This document shows, in pieces, positions 41,312 to 52,857 of a stretch of 64,000 bases of DNA. The translations under genes were made by a program, and so were the position numbers. The stretch is from Myxococcales bacterium (GTDB lineage Bacteria; Myxococcota; Myxococcia; Myxococcales; 40CM-4-68-19), in NCBI GenBank assembly GCA_036513415.1, contig DATBZA010000177.1, positions 67,203-131,202 of the forward strand, given 5' to 3'. The first letter of the stretch is position 1. Each line of letters starts with the position of its first letter. Under the pieces are notes generated by a model. That model worked only from the letters and a program-made list of their open reading frames with translations. It did no database searches and had not been told where the DNA came from.

Positions 41312-42817
41312 ATGCGGATGAACTTCATTCTGGGCACCGTTGCGCTCGCGATCACATTCAGCGGCACCGCTGCTGCGACCACCCGGTGCGAACGCATCCT
41401 GCAGCGCTTCGGCGCCCGCCTGGCGGACGCCACCTGCACTGAGAGCCCGGACCTCACCACCACCAACCCGAACACCACGCCTGCGAACAACTCCATCCAG
41501 GGGCTGCCGCCGTTCGCCTTCACCCCGGTGACCGACCGGGGCGTCATCGCGCCCGACGCGCTCAACAAGACGCCGATCACGAAGATCGTGCCGGGCCTGC
41601 AGATCAACGCGCGCATCGCGTCGGACCCGCACGGCGAAGCGCGGTTCCTCCTGCGGCTGCCCGACGACTGGAACGGCCGCCTGGTGGTCGCAGGCGCGTC
41701 GGGGACGCGCAGCGAATTCAACGGCGACTTCGCCTGGAGCGACTACGTGGTGCAGAAGGGCTACGCGTACGCCTCGCAGAACAAGGGCATCCTCAACCTG
41801 TACTTCCCCGCGACGGGCTCGGCCGATCCGCTCGCCTGCCGCCTCAATCCGTCGTCGACGCTCTTCGTGCACTTCTACGACAACGATCCCGGCCAGGAGT
41901 TCAGCCGCTGGGCCGGCTTCATGGCCGAGGCCGCGCGGCTCGCGCGTCGAGGATTGGACGCCCACTACGGCCGCGAGCCGCGCCGGACGTACGCGGTGGG
42001 CACGTCGAACGGCGGCTACCAGGTGCGAAAAGCGGTCGAGTCCTATCCTGAGCTGTTCGACGGCGGCGTCGACTGGGAGGGAACGTTCGTCGACGCCGAG
42101 CGCCCGAATCTGCTCACCGATCTGCCCCCGGCGATCCTGAACTTTCCCGACTATGTCGCGTCTGGCCGCGACCCGAACAGCACCGCGGCCAAGAACATCC
42201 GGGCGGCGTCCTATCCCCCAGACATCGTCGCGAGCGCCACGAGCTCGATGTGGACCAACTACTCGAATAGCTTCTGGGAAGTGACCCAGTGCCAGTGGCA
42301 GAAGCGGCTCGACCCGACCTACGACACCTACGGAGCCGGCACGGGCACGTACAACTACTGGGCGCGCCGCTCGCTGAGCGACGTCGGTGCGCAGATCGAA
42401 GCGTTCGAGACCACAGGGAAGATCCGGCGCACGCTGATCACCGTCGCGGGAACGATGGATGCGCTCCTGCCGATCGACCATCACGCCCGCGCGTATGCGC
42501 GCAAGGTGGCCGCGGAGCAGGCCGAGCGCGGCGATGACGACGAGGGCGATGGCAAGGCGGCGTATCGCCTCTACGAGGTCCAGAACGGCAACCACATCGA
42601 GACGTACAAGTCGCCGCCGCAGGCTGCGACGCCGCCGGCGAACACGTTCCCCCAACTCGAGTTCATCGAGCCCCACGCGCAGCGCGCCTTCGATCTCCTG
42701 GTCGACGCGGTAGAGCACCGGGCCGGGCTGCCGCCGTCCCAGTGCATCCCTCGCGGCGGGGCGATCGCCTCCAGCCCGACACAGGCTGGCCACTGCGCCA
42801 GTCTCTTCGTGCCGTAG
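41312..42817 (+). CDS. secreted alpha/beta hydrolase, tannase/feruloyl-esterase or 3-hydroxybutyrate-oligomer-hydrolase-like
   Basis: 501 aa from MRMNFILGTVALAITFSGTAAA (signal peptide). Nucleophile region YAVGTSNGGYQVRKAVESYPELFDGGVDWEG. Only the 3' part of the track ORF 40721..42817 is used. Confidence 0.65.
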   Translation: MRMNFILGTVALAITFSGTAAATTRCERILQRFGARLADATCTESPDLTTTNPNTTPANNSIQGLPPFAFTPVTDRGVIAPDALNKTPITKIVPGLQINARIASDPHGEARFLLRLPDDWNGRLVVAGASGTRSEFNGDFAWSDYVVQKGYAYASQNKGILNLYFPATGSADPLACRLNPSSTLFVHFYDNDPGQEFSRWAGFMAEAARLARRGLDAHYGREPRRTYAVGTSNGGYQVRKAVESYPELFDGGVDWEGTFVDAERPNLLTDLPPAILNFPDYVASGRDPNSTAAKNIRAASYPPDIVASATSSMWTNYSNSFWEVTQCQWQKRLDPTYDTYGAGTGTYNYWARRSLSDVGAQIEAFETTGKIRRTLITVAGTMDALLPIDHHARAYARKVAAEQAERGDDDEGDGKAAYRLYEVQNGNHIETYKSPPQAATPPANTFPQLEFIEPHAQRAFDLLVDAVEHRAGLPPSQCIPRGGAIASSPTQAGHCASLFVP

Positions 42818-42913
42818 ACCGCCAGGTCTCCCGCCGACGCTCAAGGACCCGCCCAGTCTTGCGAATGGGCGGCGCTTGCGGTAACGCAGCAGCCCTCGAC
42901 CCCAGGAGACGCC

Positions 42914-44050
42914 ATGAGTCTCGCGCGCCGGTGGCCGCTTCCTCTCGTCCTGCTGCTCACCGCCGTGGCGTGCAAGGAACAGGGCGCCCAGGGACCCGCT
43001 GCAGCCGGCGGTGGCGGCGCGGTCATCGGCGCCGCCCTCAGCCTCACCGGCCCCGCCGCCTCCTACGGCGCCCAGCAGCGCGCCGGCATCCAGGCTGCCC
43101 TCGACGACGTCAACCAGGGTGGAGGCGTGAAGCTGACCCCTCTCATCGAGGACGACGCGTCGACCAAGGAACAGGGCATCACCGTGTTCCAGAAGTTCAT
43201 CAACCGCGACAAGGTGAGCGCCATCATCGGTCCCACCCTCTCGAACACGGCCAGCGCGGCCGACCCGCTGGCGCAGCAGGCGAAGGTGCCGGTCCTGGGC
43301 ATCTCCAACACCGCGGCCACCGGCATCACGGACATCGGCAACTACATCTGGCGCGACTCGCTCACCGAGGCGCAAGTGATCCCCGGCGCCTTCAAGAAGG
43401 CGAAGGAGAAGCTGCAGTTCAATACCGCCGGCGTTCTCTACGGCAACGACGACGTCTTTACCAAGGCCGGCTACGACGTGATGCAGAAGGCGCTCGCCGA
43501 CCAGGGAGTGAAAGTGGTCGGCACCCAGACCTTCGCCAAGCCCGACCGCGACTACAACGCGCAGCTCACGGCGCTGATCGCGGCCAAGCCCGACGTGCTG
43601 GTGGTCTCCGCCCTGGCCGACAACGCTGCGTCCATCGTCGCGCAGGCGCGCCAGCGCGGCTGGACCGGGCCCATCCTGGGCGGCAACGGCTTCAACAGCC
43701 CTGCCTTCATCAAGAACGCCGGCGCCGCCGCCGAGGGCGTGATGGTGGGCACCTCCTGGAACTCGCTCAGCCAGGACCCCGCCAACCAGAAGTTCCTCGC
43801 CGCGATGAAGAAGGCCGGCGTGAACCCCGACCAGTTCTCCGCCCAGGCGTACACCGGGGTGATCATCCTGGCCGAAGCCATCCGCCAGTCAGGCGGCAAG
43901 ACGGGCCGCGAGGACATCGAGGCCGGGCTGGGCAAGTTGAAGGACCTGGAGACGCCGCTGGGCAAGTTCTCGTTCACGCCCGGCCGGGACGCGCAGCACG
44001 AGCCTAGCGTGCAACAAGTGAAGGACGGCAAGTTCCAGATCGTCCAGTAG
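42914..44050 (+). CDS. ABC transporter substrate-binding lipoprotein (LivJ/K-like, type I PBP)
   Basis: 378 aa with lipobox LLLTAVAC and a LIV-binding-protein-like pattern. Confidence 0.85.
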   Translation: MSLARRWPLPLVLLLTAVACKEQGAQGPAAAGGGGAVIGAALSLTGPAASYGAQQRAGIQAALDDVNQGGGVKLTPLIEDDASTKEQGITVFQKFINRDKVSAIIGPTLSNTASAADPLAQQAKVPVLGISNTAATGITDIGNYIWRDSLTEAQVIPGAFKKAKEKLQFNTAGVLYGNDDVFTKAGYDVMQKALADQGVKVVGTQTFAKPDRDYNAQLTALIAAKPDVLVVSALADNAASIVAQARQRGWTGPILGGNGFNSPAFIKNAGAAAEGVMVGTSWNSLSQDPANQKFLAAMKKAGVNPDQFSAQAYTGVIILAEAIRQSGGKTGREDIEAGLGKLKDLETPLGKFSFTPGRDAQHEPSVQQVKDGKFQIVQ

Positions 44051-44926
44051 ATGGGCCAGCAAGCCCTCAACGGCGTCTTCGTGGGGAGCATCTACGCGCT
44101 CTTCGCCGTCGGGTACACGCTGGTGTTCGGCGTCCTGGACATCCTGAACCTGGCCCACGCCGCTGTCTTCACGCTGGCCGCCTTCATCGCCCTCGCGCTG
44201 GTGGACGCGCACCTTCCACTCTGGCTTGCGCTGCCGCTCGCGGTGGCCGCCGCCGGCCTGATCGGCATCGTGCTAGAGCGGCTCGCCTTCCGTCCCTTGC
44301 GGGGGCGGGCCGACTCGAACATCTCCGGCCTGATCAGCTCCCTCGCCATGGCCACGGTCTTCGAGGCCATCGCGCTGCAGATCTTCGGACCCGACATCTC
44401 GCGCTTTCCCCAGGGCACGTTCCCAGACCGCATGATCCGGATCGGCGGCGCGAGCGCATCCTTGCTGCAGCTCTGCATCGTGGGCACCTCGGTGGTGCTG
44501 ATGGCGGTGCTCACGCTCTTGCTCGCGCGCACGCGGCTGGGGCGGCAGATCCGTGCGGTCGCGGAAAGCCCTCGCGCGGCCCGCATCCTGGGGGTGAACG
44601 TCGATCGCGCCATTGCCATGGCCTTCTTCCTCTCCTCGGCGCTGGGCGGCGCGGCCGGCGTCCTCTTTGGGCTCGCCTTCAATTCCATCTCGCCGGACGT
44701 GGGCCGCAGCGTGGAGCTGAAGGGCCTGGCGGTGATCATCCTGGGGGGCATGGGCAGCGTCCCTGGCGCCGTGGTCGCCGGCTTCGCCCTCGGGCTCATC
44801 GAGGTCTTCACCGTCGCGCACCTCGGGTCGTCGTTCCGTGACGCGGTCTCGTTCGCTGTCCTGTTCCTGGTGCTGATCGCCAGGCCGCGCGGCCTGTTCG
44901 GGCGGGCCGCGGCGCGCGAGGCTTGA
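44051..44926 (+). CDS. branched-chain amino acid-type ABC permease (LivH-like)
   Basis: 291 aa polytopic protein; typical LivH start MGQQALNGVFVGSIYALFAVGYTLVFG. Confidence 0.88.
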   Translation: MGQQALNGVFVGSIYALFAVGYTLVFGVLDILNLAHAAVFTLAAFIALALVDAHLPLWLALPLAVAAAGLIGIVLERLAFRPLRGRADSNISGLISSLAMATVFEAIALQIFGPDISRFPQGTFPDRMIRIGGASASLLQLCIVGTSVVLMAVLTLLLARTRLGRQIRAVAESPRAARILGVNVDRAIAMAFFLSSALGGAAGVLFGLAFNSISPDVGRSVELKGLAVIILGGMGSVPGAVVAGFALGLIEVFTVAHLGSSFRDAVSFAVLFLVLIARPRGLFGRAAAREA

Positions 44927-44929
44927 GCG

Positions 44930-45798
44930 ATGACCGATCTCTTCCTCGCTTACGAGTCCCTGTTCGCCTTCGTGGGGATCAACGGCCTGCTGGCGCTCTC
45001 GGTCTACGCGACGCTCTGTTGCGGCCAGCTCTCGCTCGCCAACGCGGGGTTCATGGCCATCGGCGCGTACACCGGCGCGCTGATCACGTTGCGCGCGCCT
45101 GGCGTGCCGTTCATCGCGGCGCTCGCCGCCTCCGCTCTCGCGCCGGCGCTGATCGCGGTGCCGCTCGGATTGCCGGTCCTGCGTCTTCGCGGCGTGTTCC
45201 TCGCCATCGCCACCGTGGGCTTCGGCGAGGTGGTGCGCCTCTTCTTCGTCAACTGGGACTACACCAACGGCGCGCTGGGGCTGGTGGCGATCCCGCAGCG
45301 CACGCACCTCTGGACCATCGCGCTGGCTCTCGCTCTCGCCCTGTACGTGCTCGGACGGCTCCGCGGCTCGCGCACTGGATACGCGCTGGAAGCGATCCGC
45401 GAGGACGAGACCGCGGCGCGCACCATGGGCATCTACACCACCGGGCACAAGCTCGCGATGCTGGTCCTGGGGGCCGCGCTTGCGGGCCTGGCCGGAGGGC
45501 TGGAGGCGCACCACACCTTCATGGTCGCTCCCGGCGGGTTCGCCTTCGGGCGCGTGGTCGACATGCTGGTGCAGGCGGTGGTCGGCGGCACCGCGGCCTT
45601 CTACGGGCCGGTGGTGGGCGCGGCGTTCCTGACCGTCTTGCCCGAGGTCCTGCGCGAAGCCGGAGCGCGGCTGGGACTTGCGCCCGGACCGTTCCGGCTC
45701 TTCCTGAACGGCGCCATCCTCCTCGCGGTGATCCTCTACCTGCCCAACGGCCTGGTCTCCCTGCCGGCGCGGTTCCGGCGCCGCGCGCGGGGAATGGC

Positions 45799-45802
<4 letters not shown>
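44930..45802 (+). CDS. branched-chain amino acid-type ABC permease (LivM-like)
   Basis: 290 aa polytopic protein with the GQLSLANAGFMAIGAY motif. Confidence 0.85.
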
Positions 45803-47284
<1,482 letters not shown>

Positions 47285-47288
<4 letters not shown>

Positions 47289-48379
47289 CCGGGCGCCTGA
47301 TCCAGACGGAGGCGCTCCATCGCTGGACGATGGATCTGTGGAGGGCCGCTGGCTCCAGCGAGCTCGAAGCGACGCGGGTCGCCGACCACCTGGTGGCCGC
47401 GAATCTGGCCGGCCATGATTCCCACGGGGTGGGAATGACGCCCCGCTACATGAAGGCGCTGCTGGGGGGCGAGCTGGAGCTGAACCGGACCGTGGAGATC
47501 GCGGCCGACAGCGGCGGCCTTCTGGTGGTGGAGGGCCACCGCGGCCTCGGCCAGTCGGTCGCGTTCCAGGCGATGGAGATCGCCATCGATCGCGCCCGCC
47601 GGGGCGGCGTGTGCGTGATGGGCCTGAGGAATGCGCACCACATCGGGCGGGTCGGCCACTGGGCGGAGCAGGCGGTGGCGAGCGGGCTGGTGTCCATCCA
47701 CTTCACCAACGCAGTCTCGGCCCCGCCGATGGTTGCGCCACACGGCGGAGCGCAGGCGCGCTTCCTCACCAATCCGTTCACGGTCGGCATCCCGGGACCG
47801 GGCGGCGAGCCCATCGTGCTCGACTTCGCCACCAGCGCCGTCGCGCAGGGCAAGGTGCGGGTGGCCTACAACAAGAGGGACAAGGTGCCGCCCGGGTGCC
47901 TGATCGATGCGCAGGGCCGGCCGACGGACGACCCCGCGGTCCTGTTCGAGCCCGAGGAAGGCCCGCGCGGCGCGCTGGTCACCTTCGCGGGACACAAGGG
48001 GTATGCGCTGGCGATGATCTGCGAGCTGCTCGGCGCGGCGCTCACCGGCGGGCCGACGACCCGGCCCGCGAACATGACCATGAAGCATGCCATCTGGAAC
48101 AACATGCTCGCCATCGTCTTCGATCCAAGAAGGCTCGGGTCCGGCGCCTCGTTCGAGGCGGAAGCGCGCAGCTTCATCGACTGGGTGCGCTCGGCGCCGT
48201 TGACCGGGGCGATCGATTCCATCCTGATGCCCGGAGATCCGGAGCGCCGATCGCGAATGGAGCGCGCCGAGGCGGTGCCCGTCGACGGCGGCACTCTTCT
48301 GGAGCTCGATGAAGCGGCGGCGGCGATCGCACGCGCCCGGGGAAGTTCGCCAGGCCCCCTCTCCGCCGTCGTCCCCTGA
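47285..48379 (+). CDS. Ldh_2 family (malate/L-lactate dehydrogenase-like) oxidoreductase
   Basis: 364 aa with GHDSHGV, NAHHIGRVG and FAGHKGYALAM motifs. 4-nt overlap with livF-like. Confidence 0.85.
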
Positions 48380-48463
48380 AGACCCGCTGGGATGGCGCGT
48401 GTGAACGCGATCGCAGGCCGGGGGCTTGCATTTCGCCCCGCCGAGTCGCTCTACTGTCGCCCG

Positions 48464-48883
48464 ATGGCGAGCATCGAACGCCATGTCACGCGGGAAGTGC
48501 TCGGTCTGGACGCTTCCACCAGCTGCCGCGAAGCGGCGCGGCTGATGGCGGAGAAGCGCATCGGCGCCGTCGCGGTCAAGGAGGGGGGCAAGACCATCGG
48601 TCTGGTGACCGAGCGCGAGCTCGTCTATGAGGTGCTGGCGAGCGGCGGCGTGTGCGATCAACCGATCGCGAAATCGATGCGCCGCGACCTCCCCCTCATC
48701 CCCGCCGCCACCTCCGAGACCGAGTGCGCGGACCTGATGCGCGTCCACTTCACGCGCCACCTGCTGGTCGGGGAGAAAGGCGCGGTGGTCGGCATCATCT
48801 CCATGCGCGACGTGATTCAGCTGATGCTGGACGAGAAGCAGTGGCTGATCGACGAGCTGCAGATCTACATCTCCGGCCGCTAG
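48464..48883 (+). CDS. CBS-pair domain protein
   Basis: 139 aa from MASIERHV. Two CBS-like modules (RIGAVAVKEGGKTIGLVTEREL and HLLVGEKGAVVGIISMRDV). Confidence 0.75.
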   Translation: MASIERHVTREVLGLDASTSCREAARLMAEKRIGAVAVKEGGKTIGLVTERELVYEVLASGGVCDQPIAKSMRRDLPLIPAATSETECADLMRVHFTRHLLVGEKGAVVGIISMRDVIQLMLDEKQWLIDELQIYISGR

Positions 48884-48902
48884 CGGCCTCCCCCCGGGCC
48901 CC

Positions 48903-50021
48903 ATGAGAGTGGCCGTCCTGAAAGAGAGCGTGGAAGGCGAGAAGCGGGTTGCCGCCGTTCCGGCGACGGTGGAGAAGATGGTGGGCGCCGGGATCGAGGT
49001 GCTGGTCGAGGCCGGGGCGGGCGTCGCTTCCGGTTTCTCCGACGCGGACTACCGGGGTGCCGGCGCGAAGGTGCACGCCCGGCCCGAGACCACGCTCTCG
49101 GACGGCGACGTCGTGCTCAAGGTGCAGCGCCCGTCGGCGCAGGAGCTGGACCGTATCCCCGAGCGCGCCGTCCTGGTCGCGTACAGCCTGCAAGCGCGCG
49201 GAGATGCGTGGGTGTCCGAGGCTTGGAAGCGCCGCCGGATCAGCGCCCTCTCCCTGGATCTGCTGCCCAGGATCGCGCGGGCCCAGAGCATGGACGTGCT
49301 CAGCTCCATGGCCAACATCGCCGGGTACAAGAGCGTGCTCCTCGCCGCCAACGCGTTGGCCAAGTTCTTCCCCATGCTGATGACCGCGGCGGGGACCGTC
49401 CTTCCCGCCAAGGTGTTCGTCCTCGGCGCGGGTGTGGCGGGCCTGCAGGCCGTCGCCACCGCACGGCGGCTAGGGGCGCTGGTGAGCGCCTTCGACATCC
49501 GGCCGGTCGTCAAGGAGCAGGTGGAGAGCCTGGGAGCGCGCTTCGTGGCGGTGGGCCTCGACGAGCATGCCGAGGACGCAAAGGGCTACGCCAAGGAGGT
49601 CTCTGCCGAGGCGGCCCGCAAGCAAAGGGATCTCCTGCTCGACGAGCTGAGAACGACCGACGCCTGCATCACCACCGCCCTGGTTCCGGGCAAGCGCGCG
49701 CCGACGCTGATCACCGGGGAGATGGTGAGAGCGATGAAGCCCGGATCGGTCATCGTGGATCTCGCCGCCGAGCAGGGAGGCAACTGCGAATGGACCGAAC
49801 CGGGCAAGGAGATCGTCCGGGAAGGGGTCAGCATCCTCGGGCCGGTGAACCTGGTCAGCGAGATGGCCTTCCAGGCCTCGCAGCTCTACTCGCGCAACGT
49901 GCTCAACTTGCTGCTCCATCTCTACGACCGCCAGGGAAAGAAGATGTCCCTGGATGCCGCCGATGAGATCGTCAAAGGCTGTCTGATCGCGCACGCCGGG
50001 GAGGTGCTCCAGGCGGTGTGA
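48903..50021 (+). CDS. pntAA: NAD(P) transhydrogenase subunit alpha part 1
   Basis: 372 aa with an alanine-dehydrogenase-like dI domain and the VLGAGVAGLQA motif. Confidence 0.92.
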   Translation: MRVAVLKESVEGEKRVAAVPATVEKMVGAGIEVLVEAGAGVASGFSDADYRGAGAKVHARPETTLSDGDVVLKVQRPSAQELDRIPERAVLVAYSLQARGDAWVSEAWKRRRISALSLDLLPRIARAQSMDVLSSMANIAGYKSVLLAANALAKFFPMLMTAAGTVLPAKVFVLGAGVAGLQAVATARRLGALVSAFDIRPVVKEQVESLGARFVAVGLDEHAEDAKGYAKEVSAEAARKQRDLLLDELRTTDACITTALVPGKRAPTLITGEMVRAMKPGSVIVDLAAEQGGNCEWTEPGKEIVREGVSILGPVNLVSEMAFQASQLYSRNVLNLLLHLYDRQGKKMSLDAADEIVKGCLIAHAGEVLQAV

Positions 50022-50030
50022 GGGGGTTCC

Positions 50031-50372
50031 ATGATCGATATCGGTTTGATCGGCGACCTGTACGTCTTCGTGCTGGCGGGCTTCCTCGGCTACCAGGTGA
50101 TCTCCAGGGTCTCACCCCTGCTCCACACCCCGCTGATGTCGGCCACGAACGCCATCTCGGGAATCTCGCTGGTCGGCTCGCTGGTGGTCGCCGGCGCCGG
50201 ATACAACGAGATCAGCACCCTGCTGGGATTCGTCGCCGTGACCGCCTCCACCATCAACGTGGTGGGCGGGTTCCTCATCACGGACCGCATCCTCAAGATG
50301 TTCCGCGCGGCAGGCGCCGGCCCTGCCCCAGGCGGCGGGAGCGCGAAGGGCACCGCCTCCGGAAGCAAATAG
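50031..50372 (+). CDS. pntAB: NAD(P) transhydrogenase subunit alpha part 2
   Basis: 113 aa membrane segment with HTPLMSATNAISGI. Confidence 0.9.
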   Translation: MIDIGLIGDLYVFVLAGFLGYQVISRVSPLLHTPLMSATNAISGISLVGSLVVAGAGYNEISTLLGFVAVTASTINVVGGFLITDRILKMFRAAGAGPAPGGGSAKGTASGSK

Positions 50373-50373
50373 C

Positions 50374-51747
50374 ATGCGCCGGGACCTGCTCCAGCTCTTC
50401 TACCTGGTCTCCGCGATCCTCTTCGTCATGGGCCTGCGGGGGCTCAGCCATCCGAAGACCGCGCGCCGCGGCATGTTCCTCGCCGAGCTGGGCATGCTGC
50501 TCGCGATCATCGGATCGCTGCTGCACCACGAGATCATCGACTACCGGTGGATCGCCGCCGGCCTCGTCCTCGGAACGGCGATCGGCGTGCCGATGGCGAT
50601 GTGGATTCCCATGACCGCCGTTCCCCAGCGCACCGCGCTCTCGCACTCGTTCGGCGCCCTGGCCGCGTCGTTGATCGGAATCTCCGAGTACTACCGGCAT
50701 GGCGCCGCGCTCGGCTCGGTCCGGGTAGGCGTGATCGGCGTCGAGGTGATGCTGGGCTCGCTGACCTTCACCGGCAGCCTGATGGCGGCGGGGAAGCTGC
50801 AGGGACTGATCCGCGGGTACCCCATCACCTGGCGGGGGCAGAACTTCTCCAACCTGTCGATCCTCGGCGCGATGCTGGCGCTGATCGTCGCGCTCATGTT
50901 CGTCCCCAGCTCCACGGCGGCGTTCTACTCCATGGTCGGGCTGGCCTTCTTCTTCGGCGTTCTCTTCATCCTGCCCATCGGCGCGGCGGACATGCCGGTG
51001 GTGATCGCCTTGCTGAACTCCTACGCGGGCCTGACCGACGCGGCCATGGGCTTCATGCTCGACAACAAGATCCAGATCATCACCGGCTCGCTCGACGGGT
51101 CGTCCGGCTTCATCCTCTCCATCCTCATGTGCCGTGCGATGAACCGGTCGATCACCAACGTGCTCTTCGGGGCCTTCGGCAAGGTGCAGGACAACCCGGC
51201 CGAGCTGGAGGGCAAGAAGCCCATCCGGCAGATCTCGGTGGAGGAGGCGGCCGAGCTGTTGGGGACTTCCCGATCGGTGGTCTTCGTTCCGGGGTACGGA
51301 ATGGCTGTCTCCCAGGCACAGCACCGGGTCCGCGAAGTGGCCGACATGCTGAAGAACAAGGGCGTGCAGGTCCGCTACGGGATCCACGCAGTGGCCGGGC
51401 GGATGCCCGGGCACATGAACGTGCTGCTCGCCGAGGCCAACGTGCCCTACGACGAGCTGTACGACATGGACCAGATCAACTCCCAGTTCCCGGAGACCGA
51501 CGTGGTGGTGGTGGTGGGCGCGAACGACGTCGTCAACCCGGCCGCGAAGCGGATGCGGGGGAGTCCCATCTACGGGATGCCCATCCTGGAGGTCGAGAAG
51601 GCGAGGGTCGTGATCGTCTGCAAGCGAAGCCTGGCCGTCGGCTTCGCCGGCATCGACAACGAGCTCTACTACGGCGACAAGACACTGATGCTCTTCGGCG
51701 ATGCGAAGGAGACGATGGTGAAGCTGACGGCGGCGCTCAAGGAATAA
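50374..51747 (+). CDS. pntB: NAD(P) transhydrogenase subunit beta
   Basis: 457 aa. Membrane dII plus soluble dIII (VPGYGMAVSQAQH, GANDVVNPAA). Confidence 0.92.
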   Translation: MRRDLLQLFYLVSAILFVMGLRGLSHPKTARRGMFLAELGMLLAIIGSLLHHEIIDYRWIAAGLVLGTAIGVPMAMWIPMTAVPQRTALSHSFGALAASLIGISEYYRHGAALGSVRVGVIGVEVMLGSLTFTGSLMAAGKLQGLIRGYPITWRGQNFSNLSILGAMLALIVALMFVPSSTAAFYSMVGLAFFFGVLFILPIGAADMPVVIALLNSYAGLTDAAMGFMLDNKIQIITGSLDGSSGFILSILMCRAMNRSITNVLFGAFGKVQDNPAELEGKKPIRQISVEEAAELLGTSRSVVFVPGYGMAVSQAQHRVREVADMLKNKGVQVRYGIHAVAGRMPGHMNVLLAEANVPYDELYDMDQINSQFPETDVVVVVGANDVVNPAAKRMRGSPIYGMPILEVEKARVVIVCKRSLAVGFAGIDNELYYGDKTLMLFGDAKETMVKLTAALKE

Positions 51748-51750
51748 AGC

Positions 51751-52416
51751 TCAGCCCGTGCCGGCGACCAGCTCGGCGCGGATCACTTCCTCGAGCTTCG
51801 CGATCACCTCATGCTTGGTGCGGCCTTCCTGGTCGTTCCAGCTCACGATCGCGCAATGACATCCATAGCCGCCGAGCGAGCACGCGGGGACCTTCAGGCG
51901 CTCTCCTACGGACCGCAGCGCTCTCCGGTAGAGCGCTTCATCCTCGCCGGCCGCCGCCAGCAGCGCCCCGGTGAGACAGTAGCTCCCTCCGGGTTCCCGC
52001 TCGAGGAGCTGGGTCCATCCGTGCGTGCGCAAGAGATCGCGCGCCATCGACAGCAGCCGCACTGAGGGCACCCTGCTCTTGCGGGGAATGGACTCGATAT
52101 ACTGGTCGACGCGAGCGCGGAAGGAGTCGTCGGCGCCGACGAATTGCACGCCGACCCCGGGGGCCAGCCGGAGCGACCGCGACACGAAAGGTGTCCTGAC
52201 ATGGATGACCTTGGCATGGACCGGAACGGGACCCTCGCCGTCCGGCAGCTCGAGCGCGACGGAGACCACCGCGCCGACGGGAAGCTCCGTATCCGTGCGG
52301 ACGAACATGCCCGTGCTGCTGATGTTCGTCGCTTCTCCCGAGACGGACCCTGGCACCCCCGAGAACGCGACCTTCAACGAGGCCGGATAGCGGTGAGCCG
52401 GAACTGGTCGCTGCAT
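51751..52416 (-). CDS. PilZ domain protein fused to an uncharacterised C-terminal domain
   Basis: 221 aa. The N-terminal approximately 110 aa are PilZ-like (R..R-type start, GEATNISSTGMFVRT). The C-terminal approximately 100 aa (HGWTQ..GSYCLTGAL..SWNDQEGRTKHEVIAKLEEVI) resemble small stand-alone phage/actinobacterial proteins. Confidence 0.7.
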   Translation of the reverse strand: MQRPVPAHRYPASLKVAFSGVPGSVSGEATNISSTGMFVRTDTELPVGAVVSVALELPDGEGPVPVHAKVIHVRTPFVSRSLRLAPGVGVQFVGADDSFRARVDQYIESIPRKSRVPSVRLLSMARDLLRTHGWTQLLEREPGGSYCLTGALLAAAGEDEALYRRALRSVGERLKVPACSLGGYGCHCAIVSWNDQEGRTKHEVIAKLEEVIRAELVAGTG

Positions 52417-52617
52417 GGCGCCTCCCTGCGGCTTCTCCCGTCGTACCGGCCGCTTACAGTAGGTTTCAAGGAGACGAGCGGTGCCCCAGCGGGACCTGCG
52501 CGCGCGATCCGGGCTAGGGACCTACATCTGACCCAAACGTATGGTTCTGTCGCTGCGGTCCTTTACTGCGAGTGCGAGTGCGGCCATGCTTGGTGAGTCT
52601 GGGTAGTGGAGGGCCCG

Positions 52618-52842
52618 ATGATGCATCGCGAACCCGCCATCCGGTGCGGAGCCCGGCAAGGGGACCGGCTGTGCAGGCGCCGGCCGACGGTGGCCTTCAT
52701 CATCGGCGGCGGCGGGAACCCGCCGCTGCTCCGCTGCGCCTCGGACGCCGACGAGCTGAGAGAAGCGCTCGGCCGGTTCCTGCGCGAAGGAACCTGGACG
52801 GAGGAGCGCATCGCGGTCGCGGTCGATCCAGGAGATCTGTGA
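52618..52842 (+). CDS. hypothetical small protein (74 aa)
   Basis: ATG preceded by gtGGAGGGcccg. GC-rich third positions. No family recognised. Confidence 0.35.
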   Translation: MMHREPAIRCGARQGDRLCRRRPTVAFIIGGGGNPPLLRCASDADELREALGRFLREGTWTEERIAVAVDPGDL

Positions 52843-52857
52843 GCGCCGGCGCCGAGG

